A stretch of 33,920 bases of DNA from Tubiluchus corallicola. Lineage: Eukaryota > Animalia > Priapulida. Location: positions 1-33,920 of the forward strand of contig JAQGDQ010001581.1 of the NCBI GenBank assembly GCA_030141605.1. Direction: 5' to 3'. The notes under the pieces were generated by a model. That model saw only the letters and a list, made by a program, of their open reading frames with translations, did no database searches and was not told the DNA's origin. Shown here one piece after another: positions 30,695 to 33,920 of this stretch (positions are counted from its first letter, which is position 1; every line of letters starts with the position of its first letter). The translations under genes were made by a program, and so were the position numbers.

Positions 30695-31917
30695 TCCACA
30701 TAATACCTATGCAAAAAATCGACTATTTTATAGCAAGAGCAGCTAACTGTCTTACTTAATAAAACATCTTTGTTAAGAAAATTAATGTATTTAACAAAAA
30801 CGAATCAACAGCTATGCTTTATTGTTTGAACAATTTCATGCTTTCTGTTTAAGTCTGTTTTCCAAATTTTTAGTAAACTGACGGAAGTACTATTGGCATG
30901 CATGTGTTGCTATCATATTAATTAGCAATCAATTACCGACGCAAAAATACGTGGCAACTTTGCAGCTAACTTGTAAAAATAAAAAAAAATGATTTTGATT
31001 TTGTTTTACTTATTAGGGTGGTTGAAAATAAAATCCGAAAATTGAAAATCCGTTGACAAAGAAACGTCTAGTTAATTAAATTTTAAATTATTTTAGATTA
31101 TATTAGATTTTGTTTTAATTCAGTGCTCATAGTACCATATTTACAACACACATAGAAGTTATTCCTAAATCAGATTAGAATTACTAAATAAAAATCTAAA
31201 ATACATATTAAAAAATATCTTGCCTTGAAATTTACAACTTTTAATCGTCAGTCATATCATTATAATCAACAGGTAATATGTGCCCCAGACATTTTTTATT
31301 TTTACTGACATTAATTGGTTTACCATTTAGAAAAACTTATCTGAGTGCAATAATTCACATCTTTTCTGGGAATAAAATATAGACATTTGGTTTTTGACTT
31401 ATTGAACACAATATTTTGAGAAACGGTAAAATTTTTACATATATTTAATAATGTATGTATGCTGTCAGAAGATTCTATTAGGCATAGATCATGAGCAAAA
31501 TAATAAATAATTTATAAATTTACTAGCCATTTTACATGTAGCATCAAACGCACTTTCCAATTTTTTTTGACAAATAACTAACATAAATTGCGAAAAGAAT
31601 GGGTGACAAGACTCCTCCTCGTCGTACACCATATTTATTTGTTCTTATCGTTTTTAAAGCTTGTTTCATTCAGTACTTCATCGATACCCTCTTTAACGGA
31701 CGTCAGACTTTAAATTAAATTTTAATTGACTATTAATTTACGTTATTATTCTAGGTTTTTCATGCAAAACTTACCTTTCTAAAGTTTTCTAAACCATAAG
31801 TTTATGTGAACGACACTGGCCTTATATAGGCTCATTTGTGGACCTCGTATTGGCAAACAAAAGTGACAGGTGACAAGCCCATTGATCGAGTTTACATAAG
31901 CAAATAATTTACGTAAG

Positions 31918-32157
<240 letters not shown>

Positions 32158-32904
32158 TCTATAATTTTCTAAGCTACAGTCTCGATTTTTTTAGCATTTT
32201 TGTTTCACATGCTGTACTTTATTTTTATTGTGCTTGTGACTGATAATTTCGTTTTTCTTTCGTATATTTTATAATGACAATTTTGATGATCAATCCCACG
32301 TGCATAATAAAAAAAACTGCGTATGACTTCAAGAAGATTTCAAAGAGCAGTTATGCAGCACATAGCAGACAAACGGCATATATCAAGTGGTCGCAATCAT
32401 TTGAATTATTACATCCACTTGTTCAGAAGATAAACTAATATTCATAAACATTAAAACATCAGTCTTTAAAACATATGTAAAAAGGAAAGATTTCGCTGCA
32501 TGGCGGCACACGAATTGAATCGTCAAACGTTGCTGAGTAGCTTGCGGTTGTGAAGTAGCATCATCAATATGATTAGGAATCATTTGTTGTATGAAAATGA
32601 CGTTGAGGTACAGCATTAAGGGCTCTTCGACATGTTAACGTAGGACCTATTTGTATCGTACGCAGTTTTTTTAGTTATGCTAACAGTATTCGCAACTTGC
32701 TTTGGACCAAGCAATAATGTGCAGAAGAAATGAGTGATTGCTAAATCAGTACGTAACTGAACGAAGTACAATTGAATTAACCACATCTGACGGCTTATCT
32801 TGTTTAAGGTGATCTATTTAAAAAAATAAAAATTCAAATCCTGGCAATATGGTAATCCAAATGTTTATCATACATATTCCCATTTTATTGTTTCTGCTGT
32901 ACAG

Positions 32905-33043
32905 GACAGATCCAGTTGATTTAAATCGGTTGGCTGAGACCCTCGCTAGAGCCTGTTGTATTGCCTTGTCTGAGCAGTTAGATAAGTTAAAGGATGGAGG
33001 CATAACAACAGTTGGTCTACGTGTTGCTATTGATAGCGAGAGT
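32905..33043 (+). CDS. ZFYVE9: SARA/endofin (ZFYVE9/16)-like penultimate coding exon (TDPVDLNRLAETLARACCIALSEQLDKLKDGGITTVGLRVAIDSES)
   Basis: tacAG acceptor, AGT|GTAAGT donor; matches the recalled SARA C-terminal domain (AKAFCLAL...LKEDGMTKLGLRVTLDSD). Confidence 0.88.
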
Positions 33044-33681
33044 GTAAGTTTTTTTCACAAATTATATTCGTAAAATCTTCTTGATCTAAGTAAATATTAA
33101 TCTGATTTGCAGTGCTGTTACATATTGACAATGATGACTAATAGCATGTTATAAGTGATACGTTTTTTTTCGAAAAGTGAGAAACAACAAATTATTGTTT
33201 TAGAAACTAGGATTGGTTTTTTGTAATTCAGATTTCAGTGCATATTGTACTCTTAAGCTGTGTGGTTGCTTTCGTTGTGCATTTACCGATTTTATGTTCA
33301 CATATAAATAATGACTGCCATCACTCGAGACGTATCACACACAAGTTTGACAGTAAGTTTGAATAAGTTATCTGAGATCTAAGTTTAATTAATGCTCAGT
33401 AGATGATAAAAATGTTCAACAAAGTTGCAAACTCAACCCGTATTAACAGGAAAAGTGACGCATAATGAACAACATTTCATGTTACCTTTTTTCCAAAAGA
33501 AGGACCAAGAAACATTTGTTGTGTTACTTATGATTTGTAGTGACTAGTATTAGAAATTGGCACTTTATTAAAAAAAGAACTGTAGACTTTATAAAAGAAC
33601 TGTAGACTTTATGTGCAAGTTTTTTTCATTTTTTAAGTTAATGTGTGAAGTATAACATTCATAATTGTTTTTTTTTGTTAG

Positions 33682-33834
33682 GTTGGGTATGATGTAGGTG
33701 CCAATGGTAAAAAACTGCCGCCAGAATATATGAATGAGTTGGACACACATCTAATACCAGTAATTCATCAAGCTGCATCACAGAATCAGGATGGTCCAAT
33801 CACTCTTGAACTCATCTTCCACATCTTAGACTAA
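33682..33834 (+). CDS. ZFYVE9: SARA/endofin (ZFYVE9/16)-like terminal coding exon (VGYDVGANGKKLPPEYMNELDTHLIPVIHQAASQNQDGPITLELIFHILD*)
   Basis: T-tract plus TAG acceptor, phase 0; matches the recalled ZFYVE9 end ([29 protein letters not shown]...ELIFYILE); TAA at 33832-33834. Confidence 0.9.
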   Translation, partial: VGYDVGANGKKLPPEYMNELDTHLIPVIHQAASQNQDGPITLELIFHILD

Positions 33835-33920
33835 GTACGAAACGGTATGACTATCAGTATTTTATTACAATAAGCACCCAATGCATCCAAACACCATATC
33901 CCCCTTTGCGTTTTGTGAGA

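Noticed and set aside
32383-32616. 77-aa minus-strand ORF
   Set aside because: No recognisable domain or compatible splice sites, and it is on the wrong strand to be a SARA exon.

Overview
AT-rich eukaryotic (invertebrate metazoan-like) genomic DNA with spliceosomal GT-AG introns; there is no sign of a prokaryotic system. Three protein-coding loci can be reconstructed by hand. (1) The 3' part of a TTC17-like TPR gene on + (7 exons, 1013-13261). (2) A complete 9-exon papain-family (C1A) cysteine protease gene on - (30636-20073, 368 aa) with signal peptide, ERFNIN/GNFD I29 propeptide and intact Cys/His/Asn triad, but unusually cysteine-rich, with a 27-aa segment between LVDC and GCNGG and its catalytic Cys on a 33-nt micro-exon. 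(3) The last two exons of a SARA/ZFYVE9-like gene on + (32905-33834), whose upstream exons I cannot find anywhere in the window. Introns and intergenic DNA are filled with distinct minisatellites (11, 19, 32, 33, 34, 41, 46, 61 bp units), microsatellites, one uninterrupted and one decayed 5'-truncated LINE, and several non-autonomous TIR elements, including a nested hAT-type insertion whose empty site appears elsewhere in the window. Most ORFs in the supplied track are repeat artefacts. Homology calls are from recalled family motifs, not database searches.
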